Of a DNA stretch of 64,000 nucleotides, positions 1 to 12,394 are shown in pieces. Origin of the DNA: Marsupella aquatica. Taxonomy: Eukaryota > Plantae > Marchantiophyta. The stretch is from the NCBI GenBank assembly GCA_973895155.1, contig OZ316893.1, forward strand, positions 3,826,490 to 3,890,489, read 5' to 3'. A model generated the notes under the pieces. It was not told where the DNA came from, did no database searches, and saw nothing but the letters and a program-made list of their open reading frames with translations. Numbering within the stretch: the first letter of the stretch is position 1; each line of letters begins with the position of its first letter. A program made the translations under genes and the position numbers.

Positions 1-854
1 CTATCTAATGTAATGGAGATTGAGGGGAATTGTTGTCTATCTGGACGATGCAAAGCATAAGTGCTGAAATGATAATCAAGAGAGAAGTAGATAGATGAGT
101 TGTAGGTTGGGAGGAGAGCCAGGAGGAGAGTCAGGAGGAAAGTCAGAAGTTGCAAAAAGGGTGAGAAGAGTGCAAAGAGCATGCAAGATTATAGGTATAG
201 GGAAGAGGCAAAAGCTGCACAGAAGGTGCAGAGAGTGGAGACCAAGAATTTTAATACCCACATGTGTTGTAATTGCCAAATTATACAGGCCGCACAACAG
301 ACGGTAAAGTTTTCTGTTGCTGCTGGAAAGATGGTTAAGGGTTGGGGTACAAAAGAAGCCCGAGAAAGAAGCTACCTAGGGTGAGAGTTGCGGCAAGTAC
401 GCCTCTTGTACGTCCATAGAGACAATCAAAACAAGTCCAACTATAATGCATTGTCCTGCTACCTACACTTGCAACCCCAAAATCCCCCTAAAGTATGTTC
501 CCTTTTCCACCCCCTGGAACTACCCACCCACCCTACTATTTTATTTTGATTCTATATCATAACTTGGTGTAACGAGGCTCATGATGGGGCTCATTTGGCA
601 AATTAACTCATTTTTCTTCAAAAAAAACATTAGTGAATCCTCAAGCTAGGCAACAACATAAAAACAGTACCCCAACCCCAATTCGTGCCAAATGAGAAAC
701 TACCCTTTTGAAAATAGTGAAGTCCTCTTTACAAGTGCATAGTGGCCCCCATGTGGGAATTGTGGGCCATAATGTCCTGAACAAAGATGGCTTTAGCTAG
801 AGTTTAAGGAAACTATTTTTGCCCATTGATAATACCCTAGTAATAGGATATTAA

Positions 855-1190
855 TGTTAGGATTTACTCTTAGGTCTAGAGTTACGACTCTATCGCAGTT
901 AGGGCTAACTTTAGTTGTAGAGTAGATTAGGCTAGTCAATTTGTGCAGACACTATACCCAAGCAATGTTTTTTTGGATAGTAGGAACTCAAGCTTATTGT
1001 TACAGAGCCACTTGAGAGATAAGGAGAGCTTGTGCTATGGATATTTGATATAGCCGATATAGAGTAAAGCTTTTGTGTGTTCCCGTGGATGTAATTTCAT
1101 GTGGAAGTGAACCACGTATCTCTCTGTGTCAACATTTGTGTATTGGATGGTTCATGGGCTTGTCATTGCAATTGTCGTCTATGCTCAACA
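855..1190 (+). mobile_element. Solo LTR, Ty1/copia-like (336 bp)
   Basis: Starts TGTTAGG (855), ends CTCAACA (1190), and is flanked by a perfect 5-bp direct repeat ATTAA (850-854 and 1191-1195). Contains CCCGTGGATGTA...GAACCACGTA, a motif typical of plant copia LTRs. Confidence 0.8.
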
Positions 1191-1379
1191 ATTAATACAT
1201 TTAAAACTAAGAGATTTTTATTTTTACTATTTTTGGTAGAATTGATGAGAAGTTTCATAATGAGCTTTATCTTCTCCAAATGCAATGAAAGTACAAAGGG
1301 AAAAATCACAAAGGGCACCATGAAGATTCAATAAGAGTCATACCTGATATGTCCATTGGAAACCTTAAACTATGTAAGT

Positions 1380-1814
1380 TGTCTTTTGATAATCACACTA
1401 ATCAACAACATAATGCCTGAAAATCCTTGAGAATCTTTTCAAGTTCCAACTAACAAACTTGAAACAAACACACTACACTCTACTCTTTCGGATCTTGATT
1501 AAAACAACCATAACTCATAAGATAGTATGCACATACGTAACATCTATTGAACACACAAGTAATCGACAAAAGAGATACATGGTTCACCTTACTAGCTAGA
1601 GGTTAAGTCCATGTGAACACACAAAATAGTTAATCTCTTCCTATCTCTTAACTATAGGTTTGTAACAATGAATCTAAGTTCTAGCCACCTAAATACTCCT
1701 AGTGTACAAATAGTAGTACGTTGCACATCTAATTGTAACCAAGCACCTGACTCCGACTCAACTAACTACGGTTACAAAGTGACTCTGACTAGATCTAAAA
1801 GTAAATACCTAACA
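1380..1814 (-). mobile_element. Degenerate LTR-like fragment related to 855-1190, opposite orientation
   Basis: The minus strand begins TGTTAGGTATTTAC at 1814 and contains GTGAACCATGTATCTCT (about 1571-1587), near-identical to GTGAACCACGTATCTCT in the upstream LTR. The left boundary and a TSD were not found. Confidence 0.4.
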
Positions 1815-2099
1815 CCGGAGTACTCAAAAGCAAGAGATTCATTTTGAGTTTTGCGGGGCTGTTATTGCCCCTCCGGAAACAAGACCTCACTATACTTTCA
1901 TGCCTGATGGATTTTTAATGTTTCTAACTTTAATAAAAGTAGAGAAAAATAATCTATGTCTTTACATGGGCATTGTGCTCCCAGAACCGAAGAATACAAA
2001 GGGGAAAATAGCAAAGGGCATTAAGTAGCTTCAATCCTCGTGCCAAATTTCTTTGTGCTCCCAGAATCGAAGAGTACAAATGGCAAAATAGCAAAGTGC

Positions 2100-3100
2100 A
2101 GTAAGTAGCTCCAATTCTCCCAAATTTCTTTCTCCTTTTGAGGAGGCTTTCGTGTTTAACAGCACAGAAAGCCGCCTCAAAAGATTGTGTCAATTATCAG
2201 TCAGGTAGCAATCTTCTGGCTTGTCATGTCCCGATATAGCTCTTTAGAGATTTACCTGTTTTTCATTTCCATCAATGGAACGGACCGACAAGGATTACAC
2301 AATTATAATATGCTCCTGATGTTCCTAGTGCTGTAATGCTGCTGCTGATATCCTGCTGCTCCCCTTCCTCATGAAGCAAGAGCTTGCCTGTTCCGATGCT
2401 CTATGATTTCGAGGGTCCATATTATCACCAGAGCAGCGACAAATGCTCGGTCCACCCCCGGGTAAACCGTAACAGTATACTCTGTGCTCCACCACCCGTT
2501 CCGTTTAGCCTGCGTCAGGATTTCGTGGCAACGAAAGAACTCTACTACTCCGAGTCCTCCGAATGTCGCTCGGCTTCCCATGGCAATTGGTGTATCGTTC
2601 CTAGAAGTTCAAGTCCTTCGGGGGAACTCCTCGTAGCTCCAATCCTCCTTCCAAATTTCGTTCTCCTTTTGAGGCGGCTTTCCCGTTTGACAGCACAGGA
2701 AAAGCCGCCTCAAAAGAATGTGTCAATTATCAGTCAGGAAGCAATCTTCTGGCTCGTCATGTCACCCGAAATAGCTCTTTAGAGATATTCCTGTTGTTCA
2801 TTTCCATCAGTGCAATGGACCGACAAGGATCACACAATTATAATACAGTCATTGCAAAAAAACAGTAAATGCAAGAATATGCTCCTGATGTTCCTAATGC
2901 TGTGATACTGGTGCTGATTATCCTCCTGCCCCCCCTGCTCCAGCAGCAGCTGCTTGCGTGTGCCGCTGCTCTATGACTTCGAGGATCCATATTATCACCA
3001 GAGCAGCGACAAATGCTCGGTCTACCTCTGGGTAAACCGTAACAGTGTAGTCTGAGCTCGGCCACCCGTTCTTTTTAGCCTGCGTCAGAATTTCGTCGCA
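2100..3100 (-). repeat. Tandem duplication of the LURP-one-like last exon plus 3' UTR
   Basis: About 2100-2530 and about 2630-3100 are colinear, high-identity copies. Both contain CCATATTATCACCAGAGCAGCGACAAATGCTCGGTC and GCCGCCTCAAAAGA.TGTGTCAATTATCAGTCAGG. Confidence 0.9.
2369..2509 (-). CDS. Duplicate (possibly alternative) terminal exon of the LURP-one-related gene
   Basis: Acceptor CTGACGCAG|GCT is intact and in the same phase as the proximal copy. Encodes AKRNGWWSTEYTVTVYPGVDRAFVAALVIIWTLEIIEHRNRQALAS*. Whether it is used is unknown. Confidence 0.45.
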   Translation of the reverse strand, partial: AKRNGWWSTEYTVTVYPGVDRAFVAALVIIWTLEIIEHRNRQALAS

Positions 3101-3825
3101 GCGAAAGAGATCTCTCACATGGTTAATTTCTCGGTTGAATCAAAAAGGTTTTCTATTTTGCAACTTGCGACTTCTTTAGATCAAAGTACAATTTCCGAGA
3201 ACTGATCTCCGAGGCAAAAATTCTCGAACCAAGCTCCTACATAAAACCCGGAAAAAGAGGTAATCTATCTGTAAATATATTCCAGCAAGATTCAGAAGTA
3301 CTCTTTCAGCGTATTAAACGGTACTCTATTTCTCAAAATCAACGATTTGACATGACATAGGAGGAGACTCTCGGCAATTACCTCAGCAATTGGTCTGCCG
3401 TTGGAGAAAATGGTAAAGCTGCTGCTCCTCCACCCTTTTTTCTTTAGGGAGAAGTCTGGACGTGTGGAATCACTGTTTTCTGGAAGGAACACCTCGTACG
3501 GCGAACTGTAGTAACTCTTTTTCCGCAAGGTGAAGCGCATCTCGCTCTCGCTCTCACTGTCCCCTTGGAAAGCTATCCATTGAGAGGAACCACAACATGG
3601 TACATCCTTCTTCATTAACAGCAGCACTTTCCCGGAAGAAGCATCGTAGATTCTTCTCTTGCGACGAGAAAAACACCCACCCTTGGATTTCATGTTGAAC
3701 AGGAGTATTCCCTTGCCGTCTTTGATCGTATACTCTCGCGCCGTGAACCATGATTCCCGTCTTACCACCAACTGGGTCTCATGTGGTACGCAGAAGGATG
3801 AGCTTACCGGGGCAGGTGATGCCAT
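2918..3825 (-). CDS. LURP-one-related (LOR / Tubby C-terminal-like) protein, 2 exons
   Basis: Exons 3825-3382 (ends PIAE|GTAATT) and 3079-2918 (CAG|AKKNGW...). LOR hallmarks: FC.P..T.L.V, YTIKD..G..LF, R.IYDA.SG..LL.M..K, PDF.LK, and C-terminal YTVTVYPEVDRAFVAALVII. Confidence 0.9.
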
Positions 3826-4349
3826 TCTTGAACGGTCGTCTCAGCCGACGCCTAGCTGGCTTGATTGATTCGTATCTAGTGGGATAGAATTCAATGAATA
3901 TTTCACTGTCACGGGTCCGAAACGCAACTTATGTGTGCACAATTCATTCTGTTTCTCAAAGAATCTGAAGCTCAACTTGAATGTGTGTGCACAATTCTCT
4001 CTGCTTCTCAAAGAAGCTAGTGTAGACTGAGGTGTCCTTCTTTCGAAACGAAGGAAACCAACAATTTCGCTGATATATGCTCTCGTTGCTAGAAATACCT
4101 TTGTTTGCGATTCGAAACCGTGACTGAATTGCCTTTCTCTAAGGTCCTGTGCCTCTCTAAATTGAGCGACAGTTTCTTTCGTTTCCAGAAACGATCGGGA
4201 ACGGAGATGAATCTGTCCAAGCTTGTGTTGTCTGCGCTCAAGCTCTACTACTCCTTAAAGAACTGGAGAACTGGAGCCTCTGGGATCCGCTTATTTCTAT
4301 CTACGACATTGGTTCCTATCGTCGCATATGAACGGTGCACTAGATGACC

Positions 4350-4625
4350 CCTGCTGCTGAGCCAAGATCTGAGCAAAACTTTGAACACCTTTGAACACCT
4401 CGCGAGTTCCAATTCCAAAGCACGTCACCTTCGCTTTCCTCCGCCGCGTGAATGAGAGCGAGATTGCCATCCAGAACAAGGGTTCCGGGCATTCGGATAT
4501 AAAACGTGTACAGTCTCACCACTGCTGAGCAAGGTTTGATCACCTCGCGAGTTCCCAATTCCAAAGCCCGCCAGCTTCGCTTTCATTGCCGCGTGAATGA
4601 CACTGAGATTGAAGCTCTATCCAGA
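4350..4625 (+). repeat. Short imperfect duplication upstream of the LOR gene
   Basis: CACCTCGCGAGTTCC(C)AATTCCAAAGC...CTTCGCTTTC...CCGCGTGAATGA occurs at about 4395-4455 and about 4540-4600. Confidence 0.7.
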
Positions 4626-5371
4626 AGTTTCCTTCACAGTCCGATTTTGACCAATTGTCTTTGCTCGCTTTCCTTTCGTCTCGACAACGAAACATTCTTG
4701 AGTATGTCCCACTATAGTAGTTAATTTACACCCAAAAGAAAAAGTGAAGGGCAGAAAAGAAAAAGTGGCAGGGCAGAAAGGTGACCTATTATTTTTGGAA
4801 GTACTCCTCCCTTTTGGGGGAAGCACGCCCCTACAAACAGGAAACTTTTGGAATTTTACTCTTCACTTTTTTTGAGAAGGGAGCGACGCCCCTGTAGTTT
4901 TTCTGGCGCCCCTACCAACGGGAAACTGTTGGTTTTTGGCATACTTGTGCATCTATGTGGGCCACTTTTAGTTTTCTGTTTAATCTCAAATGTTTAGGGG
5001 GTGTTGTCTTATGTATAATCTATTACCTAGACATTTACTTGATGGCCCCATAAAGAAAAATGTTACTTGATAGACCCCATGAGCAATCTAGATTGTTGAT
5101 GGACCTTCAACACACCCAAAATCTCAAGGGGTTGGTTGGGGAGATAACACAAAAATTTGGTTTGGGGGTCCATCAAGCAAATGTCTCATCTAATACCTTA
5201 AAGACTTTGCAATTTTTCTGATAATATCTGTGACTGTTGATAAACCTGATCAACATAGGCAAAGCCTCATGGGGTTGGTTGGGGAGAAAACTTTGGTTTT
5301 GGTGTTCATCAAGTATATGTCTCATCTGTTACCTTAAAAAGTTTGAGATTTTTCTGATATTATCTAGTACT

Positions 5372-5480
5372 TGTTAGACTCTACCTTGACAGGACAACCG
5401 GACCAGCCGGTCATCCCGACACCACTATATGTACCTTCATTCAGACTATACACATATTCATAATCATTCTCACTCAAACA
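5372..5480 (+). repeat. 5' LTR (109 bp)
   Basis: TG...CA termini; identical to 12286-12394 by direct comparison. Confidence 0.97.
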
Positions 5481-5494
5481 CGTTATCAGCACGA
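5481..5494 (+). promoter_or_regulatory. Primer-binding site of half-tRNA-Ile type (no TGG start)
   Basis: CGTTATCAGCACGA lies directly after the 5' LTR. This non-TGG PBS is the type known from Bianca-lineage copia elements. Confidence 0.75.
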
Positions 5495-7296
5495 GACTCA
5501 CCGAGGCTGAGCAAGGAGGATAAGAATTTTTTTTCGTAGAGCCATGGCGAATTGAGTAACGATTGAGAATTTTAACATCATTGAGTACGAATAACATCAG
5601 AATTCGTAAGGACAACAAGGAGGCTGATTGAATTGCATAAGGAAACTGTCACCTGCAGAATCGATATAGAGAAGAAGAAGAGAAAGAGAACTCATAAGGA
5701 CGAAGATTGCAGAAGATTGCAGAAAGAGAATGATAAGGACACCAGACTAAAAAGCGAAATGATACCGAGGATCGGAGGATCGAAGATTGAAGAACCGAGG
5801 CATCGAGGATAGAGACATCGAGGAGAATCGATGAGAACCAAGAGAAGGACAGAAAAAATTAAGGAGGCGAGAGCAATCGATAAGCACAGGAGCAAAGGAG
5901 ATAGAAGAATACAAACCATAGGAGATTGCGAAATTACTGATCGAGGCTGTCGGAGACGAAGCCTAAGAAATCGATGTTGACAAGGCAGATTGGGGAATCC
6001 CCTTTTCTTCCAACGCTCGTCCCTGCCGTTTAGCCACTATCGAGAGCAAAGCCACGGACCAAAACGGAGACTACGTAAAGAGAGCTCGAGATCCGAAGAG
6101 GTGAAGAGGCAAAGAGATGAAGCCAACTATTGGAGGCGAAGCAAAGGCTACGCAAGCCTTCAGAGAACCACCAGAGAATAAGACGATTTTGGAAGACCGA
6201 TGCTGAAGCGACAGACGCTCGGCGAACCTCAACTCGGACCATTGACGAAAGACACGGAATTAAGAAAAGTGTTGGACACAAAACTCGCCAACATCCGACT
6301 TCGCCCACAGCACAATTCGAATGGCGCAGGCAGCAGCGCCATTGGGATGATAAAAAAGAGCACGAGTGCTCAACAAGCGGACCCTCAATCCCAGTACACC
6401 GAAGCACTGATCGTCAACCTCAATCACCGAGCACTGATCGTCAACCTCAGTGCTTGCCAGGCTTTCTAAATGATTGAGATGAGCAAAGCCGCTCATCAGG
6501 ACTAGCCAGACCTCCCGGGAAGATCGTCAAGTTGTATAACCAAATAACAAGAAAAAGGTTCCCTCTCGACCGATCGGGAGCTCGTGAACTTGAGAAGAGA
6601 CCTATTACCTCAAGTATGGCGAATTGAGAAGGGGAAAAGGAGGCCGAAGGAGACGAGCGAAGCCATTCATCATTACCGGTGCAGCGTTAACATCGAAAGG
6701 CAGCCCGATGGAGCTTCTACAGCGCTCAGGAAAGTCACAGCGAGAATCGGTACCTTGAGAATCGGGAAGAAAATATCAACGAAACAACAAGTAAAACGGA
6801 GATTCGAAGGGCAGCAGAAGTGCGCAAAGGGGCCACCAAGAGGGGAAACTGCGCCACATCTACTCAACCAAAACATCGACAAAACGTCGAAGAAATTCCA
6901 CAACCGCTAAGTGCACGCTCCATAACCGCAAATAACTGCAAAACCCTCATTAATTGCAAACTCCATCAAAGAAATTACAGTTCCAAAGCATAATGTGCAC
7001 TTAACCAGGTCACGAGTAAAGAATCACCCATAACTGCACAAACTGCACAATTTAACAAAGGAAATAGCAATTACAAAGGAAACCTTGCAGTTATACATTC
7101 ACAAAGAAAACCAACTTAATAAGTGCAAACCCTAAATTCTGCAAAAACCCAAACATTCCTGCTTTACTCGCCAATGACCTAGATTGATCCCCTCAACCCT
7201 TCCTCCATCATTGCATGTGGCAAATGTGCATTGTCTTTTGACTATATACATTATATATAAACACGCACACCATCGCTACACGCCAGGACCTAAGAG

Positions 7297-10200
7297 ATGA
7301 CCAACCTTGAGAAACTTACCTTCCCCGCCCTAGAAATAGATGGCGGCAATTATCTAGAATGGTCCATGAACCTAAAAGAAAACCTAACCTTGCTAACCCT
7401 ACTCCCTGCGATAGGGCTCGCCCAACCTATCCTTGTCGGCGAACCCCAACCTGATCCATTAACTAAAGCCAACGAATCGAAAGCCCTAGTATTCCTGAGA
7501 CGTCACATCCATAGATTCCTACAGAGACAATACATGCACCTTTCGACCCCTCGGGAACTATGGACAACGCTACAGACCCGATTTGACCACCAAAAACTGG
7601 TCGAATTACCTAGAGCCAGACAAGACTGGCTAAACCTGCGAGTCCAGGACTTTACCTCGATATCAGCCTACAATAGTGAACTCTTTAGAATAACCTCAAC
7701 CCTCGCACTATGCGGCGAGCCGGTCACAGACAAGGATCTGCTAGAGAAGACCTTGTCGACATTTCATTCATCGAATGTGTGGCTATCCACACAGTATCAA
7801 AACATGAAGTTCGGGCAATACTCCGAGCTCATAGCCCACCTTCTAGTCACAGAGAGAAACCAAGAACTTCTTTTAGTTAACTCTAGAAAATGTCCTGCGG
7901 GCACACTGCCCTCAGGACAAGAGAATGAAACCCACAACATAGAACATGCTGAACCCTCCACATCGAGGCAAAGCACTAAATGCACTAAGAATAGCAACCG
8001 TAGAAACACCCACAACAGGGGGAGTTTCTATAACCAACGTCCACCATATAACCCCCAACGAACCTTTCGAGGACGTGGAGGACGTGGTGGACAAGAAGAA
8101 TGAGGAGGACGAGGAGGACGTGGCGGACGTGGCGGACGCGGAGGACGCGGTGGCGGTAGAACATATAACAACAACCGTAGAAATAATTGGTCACAATCCC
8201 GACCACAACGAGAATGCCCAAAATGCCATGCATGCGGCATGACCAACCACCTAGCCAAAAACTGTAGAATCCCGCAACACCTTAAAGAGCTATATCAACG
8301 ATCCCTCAGGGACGGACAAACCTCTAGGGCACCACCCCGTGAAACCCACGGGGCATTTATGGAGTCTAGGGACCCATTCCAAGACTTCTCAAACCTACCC
8401 GCCCAACCCGAGGCACACTTAGTGGCCAGTAGCTCCACTACACCAGACTTAAATAGTCTAAGCACATGTATCATTGACAGTGCCACGACACATACTATCC
8501 TCCGGGATAAACACCTTTTTCACATGATTACACCATCACATAGGTCCCTGACCACTATAAATGGTCCTAGTCAAATAGAAGAGGGCTTCGGCCCAGCTTC
8601 TATTAGACTCCCGCAGCGTACCGAAATACACATAGAATCTGCCATTTTTGCCCCAAACACAACTCGTAATCTCCTCAGCTTTAGAGATATACGAGCAAAT
8701 GGGCTACATGTCCAAACTGGCGATACCAGAGACCAAGAGGTCATTCACTTGGTTGAAAATACCCCTACGGGGAAAATAATTAAAGAGACACTTTACTCGT
8801 ATCCTTGCGGGTTTTATGTAACTCATATTGAATGCCAGCATAACAATGCCAACACAAGCGAATTGCATGCGCTATGGCATGCACGCCTCGGCCACCCCGG
8901 CCAATCAATGCTAACAAAAATCATTAAGAATTCAAGTGGCATTCAAATCAATACACGCCACATCCCAGTGAGCACCCCATGCACTGCATGCTCACGCGGC
9001 AAATTAATAACAAGGCCCACGACATCAAAATTGCCAACCAACATACCCAAATTCTTGGAAATAATCCATGCAGATGTTTGCGGGCCAATTAACCCACCAA
9101 GCGGACCTTTCCGCTACTTTATGGTATTAATCGACGCATCAACTAAATGGTCAAATGTGACACTACTTTCAACGAGAAACATGGTTATGCCTCGTATCTT
9201 GGCGCAAATCTTGCGCGTGAAAGCACAATTCCCAGATCACCCCATTAAGACACTAAGGGTGGACAATGCAGGGGAATTCACATCCGAAACATTTGATGAC
9301 TTTTGTACATCACTTGGCATCGACGTACAATACCCTGTACCCCACGTGCACTTTCAGAACGGATTAGCTGAAGCAGTCATAAAACGCCTTCAGTTAATTG
9401 CACGCCCATTACTAATGCAGTCAAAACTCCCTGTCTCAGCATGGGGACACGCCATATTACAGGCCAATGCATTAATCCAATACCGCCCATCAGCTTTTAA
9501 TACCTATAGCCCATACCAAATTGCTAATGGTATTAAACCTGACCTATCACATCTTCGTTCATTTGGATGTCAAGTAATGGTCCCCATTACTCCACCCAAA
9601 CGAACCAAGATGGGACCCCAATGACAGTTGGGGATATACATCGGATTTGACTCACCGTCCATAATCCGATATATGGAACCTACAACTGGCGATGTTTTTA
9701 AATCTAGATTCCTAGATTGCCATTTTGATGAACATGTTTATCCACAGTTAGTAACCCTCGAACACCCACAACCACCTTTGGAGTGGGAAAGACACTCGCC
9801 ATTTTGGCAAGACTTTAGAACGAATCAAGGGGAGAAAGAAGTTCAAAGAATTCTGCAACTCCACAAGATTGTCAAAGAACTTCCTGACGCTTTCGTTGAC
9901 ACATCACAACTTACCCGCTCACATATTCCAGCTGCGAGAGCATCTGCCCGCATCGAATTATCAAATGAGCCAGCAAGTACATCCCAACCTCGTGCAAAAC
10001 GAGGTAGACCCTTGGGATCAAAAGATAAACAACCACGAAGGCGTGGTTCATCTATACCACCTTCACCTGATATTGATCATACCGAATCTACATCTCATGA
10101 AGAGATCTCTATCCACTACGCACACACAGGTGCAATGTGGGATAGAAATACTACTTCAATAGATGATGCTTTTGCATTAATGGTGGCAACACATATTACT

Positions 10201-11973
10201 GACGATACACCCGAACCAATATCTATCTTAGAATGCCAAAACAGACCAGATTGGCCTGAATGGCAAAAATCTATAAATGGAGAATTAGATTCCCTACTCA
10301 GCAGACACACTTTTGGCCCAGTCGAGCCAACACCACAAGACGTACACCTAATTGGCTACAAATGGACATTTGTCTGCAAAAGAAATGATAAAGGCCAAGT
10401 TGTACGTTATAAAGCACGTCTGGTAGGGAAAGGATTTACCCAACAACCGGGAATTCATTACGATGAAACTTATTCACCGGTTATGGACAGCACAACATTC
10501 CGATACCTTATCAGATTTGCCATTTTTCACCAACTACAGATGCGACAACTAGATGTCGCAACTGCATATTTATATGGAACTTTAGACACTTGTCTATACA
10601 TGTGATCACCTCCTGAGTTGGAGCAACGACGCCGAGCTTTAGCTCAAGGCGCTAAATCACATATTCCATATTTACATAAAATCATAACACAATTATCTCA
10701 AGTTACACCTCATGTGTCATCTACACATGTAACTCATAATAACGACACCGCTGTGTCAACCGTATGGAATACTCGCCGCGGACTAGCTATCCGCGTGTTG
10801 AAGGCATTATATGGCCTGAAACAAAGTGGCAGAGTATGGTATCAACGATTTACTGATGAAATGATTGCCATGGGTTTTTCCCATGATGCCATTACACCAT
10901 GTTTATTTATTAAACATGTGGATAATGAATATGTCATCGTTTCTATTTATGTTGATGACTTAAATATATTTGGGACACCCCAATTGACAGAAGCTACTAT
11001 TACTAGTCTTAAATCAACATTTGAGATGAAAGACCTTGGACATACAAACTTTTGCTTAGGATTACAACTAGAGATCCTACCCACTGGCATGATGCTCCAT
11101 CAGACCACACAAACTGGAAAGATCCTAAAATAGTTCAACATGAACCTAGCACACCCATTGACGTCACCAATGGTTGTACGTTCATTAGAAAACAACACTG
11201 ATGTTTTTCGCAAGCGCGAAGAACATGAACCCATATTAGGACCAAAAACTCCATACCTTTCTGCGATAGGAGCATTAATGTATCTAGCAAATCAGACACG
11301 ACCAGATATTGTATTTGCAGTTAATTTACTAGCCAGACATAGTGCAACTCCCATAGCCAGACACTGGAACGGAGTTAAGCACGTATTTAGATATCTACGT
11401 GGAACCACCGATACCGGGTTATTCTACCCATTCGGTGCAAACCACAAACTCATCGGATACGCGGATGCCGGATATCTTTCCGACACTGATACCGCAAAAT
11501 CCCAAACTGGATACGTTTTTACCATAGGGGGTACCACTTTTTCTTGGAAAAGCGTGAAACAGACCCTAACAGCAACCTCATCGAATCACTCAGAAATCTT
11601 AGCTCTACATGAGGCTAGTCGTGAAGCCATTTGGTTACGATCCTTTATAAACCACATCAACACCAAATGCGGCCTACCACCACTAACGAAGCCTACTAAC
11701 ATTTTTGAGGATAACGCAACATGTATACAGCAGATCACAAAAGGATTCATCAAAGACGATCGCGTGAAGCATATAGCTCCGAAGTTTTTCTACACCCACG
11801 AGTTACATGGAAAAGATATCAACATTTTGCAGATTTCAAGTGCAGACAAATGCGCGGATCTCTTCACCAAATCACTATCGCCATCAGTTCATTACCGACA
11901 CTGCCAGGCGATTGGACTACGGAGCGTGCGACGCATGATGACCGTGGAGGCTGCTGCTCCACACGACACTTGA
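7297..11973 (+). pseudogene. Copia gag-pol polyprotein, single frame with four in-frame stops
   Basis: ORFs 7297, 8239, 9628, 10618 and 11140 are all in the same frame, with stops at 8101 (TGA), 9622 (TGA), 10603 (TGA) and 11131 (TAG). Motifs: RGG tract plus CHACGMTNHLAKNC knuckle, protease IIDSATTH, WHARLGHP...CTAC, IHADVCGP, VDNAGEF, NGLAE, YKARLV, LYGLKQSG, YVDD, GYADA. Confidence 0.95.
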
Positions 11974-12285
11974 TGATACTGACGATATGCTGCTGATGAC
12001 CCACTGATGAAACAAATGTTAAAGCTAGATTTACTATAGCATCTAACTTTATACACTATTGACATTTAATTACGACGAGGACTGTTAGGCTGCACTCTTT
12101 TTCCTTTAGCACTCATATTTTTCTCTGCTACACTGGTAGAGTTTTTACTAAGCTAGAGCTGATAAAGGTTTTTTAACGAGGCAGTCTACCTCGGTTGTAC
12201 TTATATCATGTATTTCCTATGAACATGATATAATAGGTATAGTCTATATTGTCTATATAGTTGTCACTATATATCCAAAGGGGAG

Positions 12286-12394
12286 TGTTAGACTCTACCT
12301 TGACAGGACAACCGGACCAGCCGGTCATCCCGACACCACTATATGTACCTTCATTCAGACTATACACATATTCATAATCATTCTCACTCAAACA
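12286..12394 (+). repeat. 3' LTR (109 bp)
   Basis: Preceded by a polypurine tract and followed by TSD GTACT. Confidence 0.97.

Larger units (their letters stand above)
5372..12394 (+). mobile_element. Full-length Ty1/copia LTR retrotransposon, Bianca-like lineage
   Basis: Two identical 109-bp LTRs (TGTTAG...CAAACA) at 5372-5480 and 12286-12394. 5-bp TSD GTACT (5367-5371 and 12395-12399). PBS CGTTATCAGCACGA at 5481, PPT AAAGGGGAG at 12277-12285. Domain order gag-PR-IN-RT-RH. The Bianca call rests on the PBS type and motifs such as RTKMGPQ, TSSNHSEILALHEASRE and KHIAPKFF. Confidence 0.96.

Noticed and set aside
5990-6910. Several 60-125 aa ORFs in the copia leader as an extra (env-like) gene
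   Set aside because: Short, overlapping in several frames, low complexity, and with no motif support.
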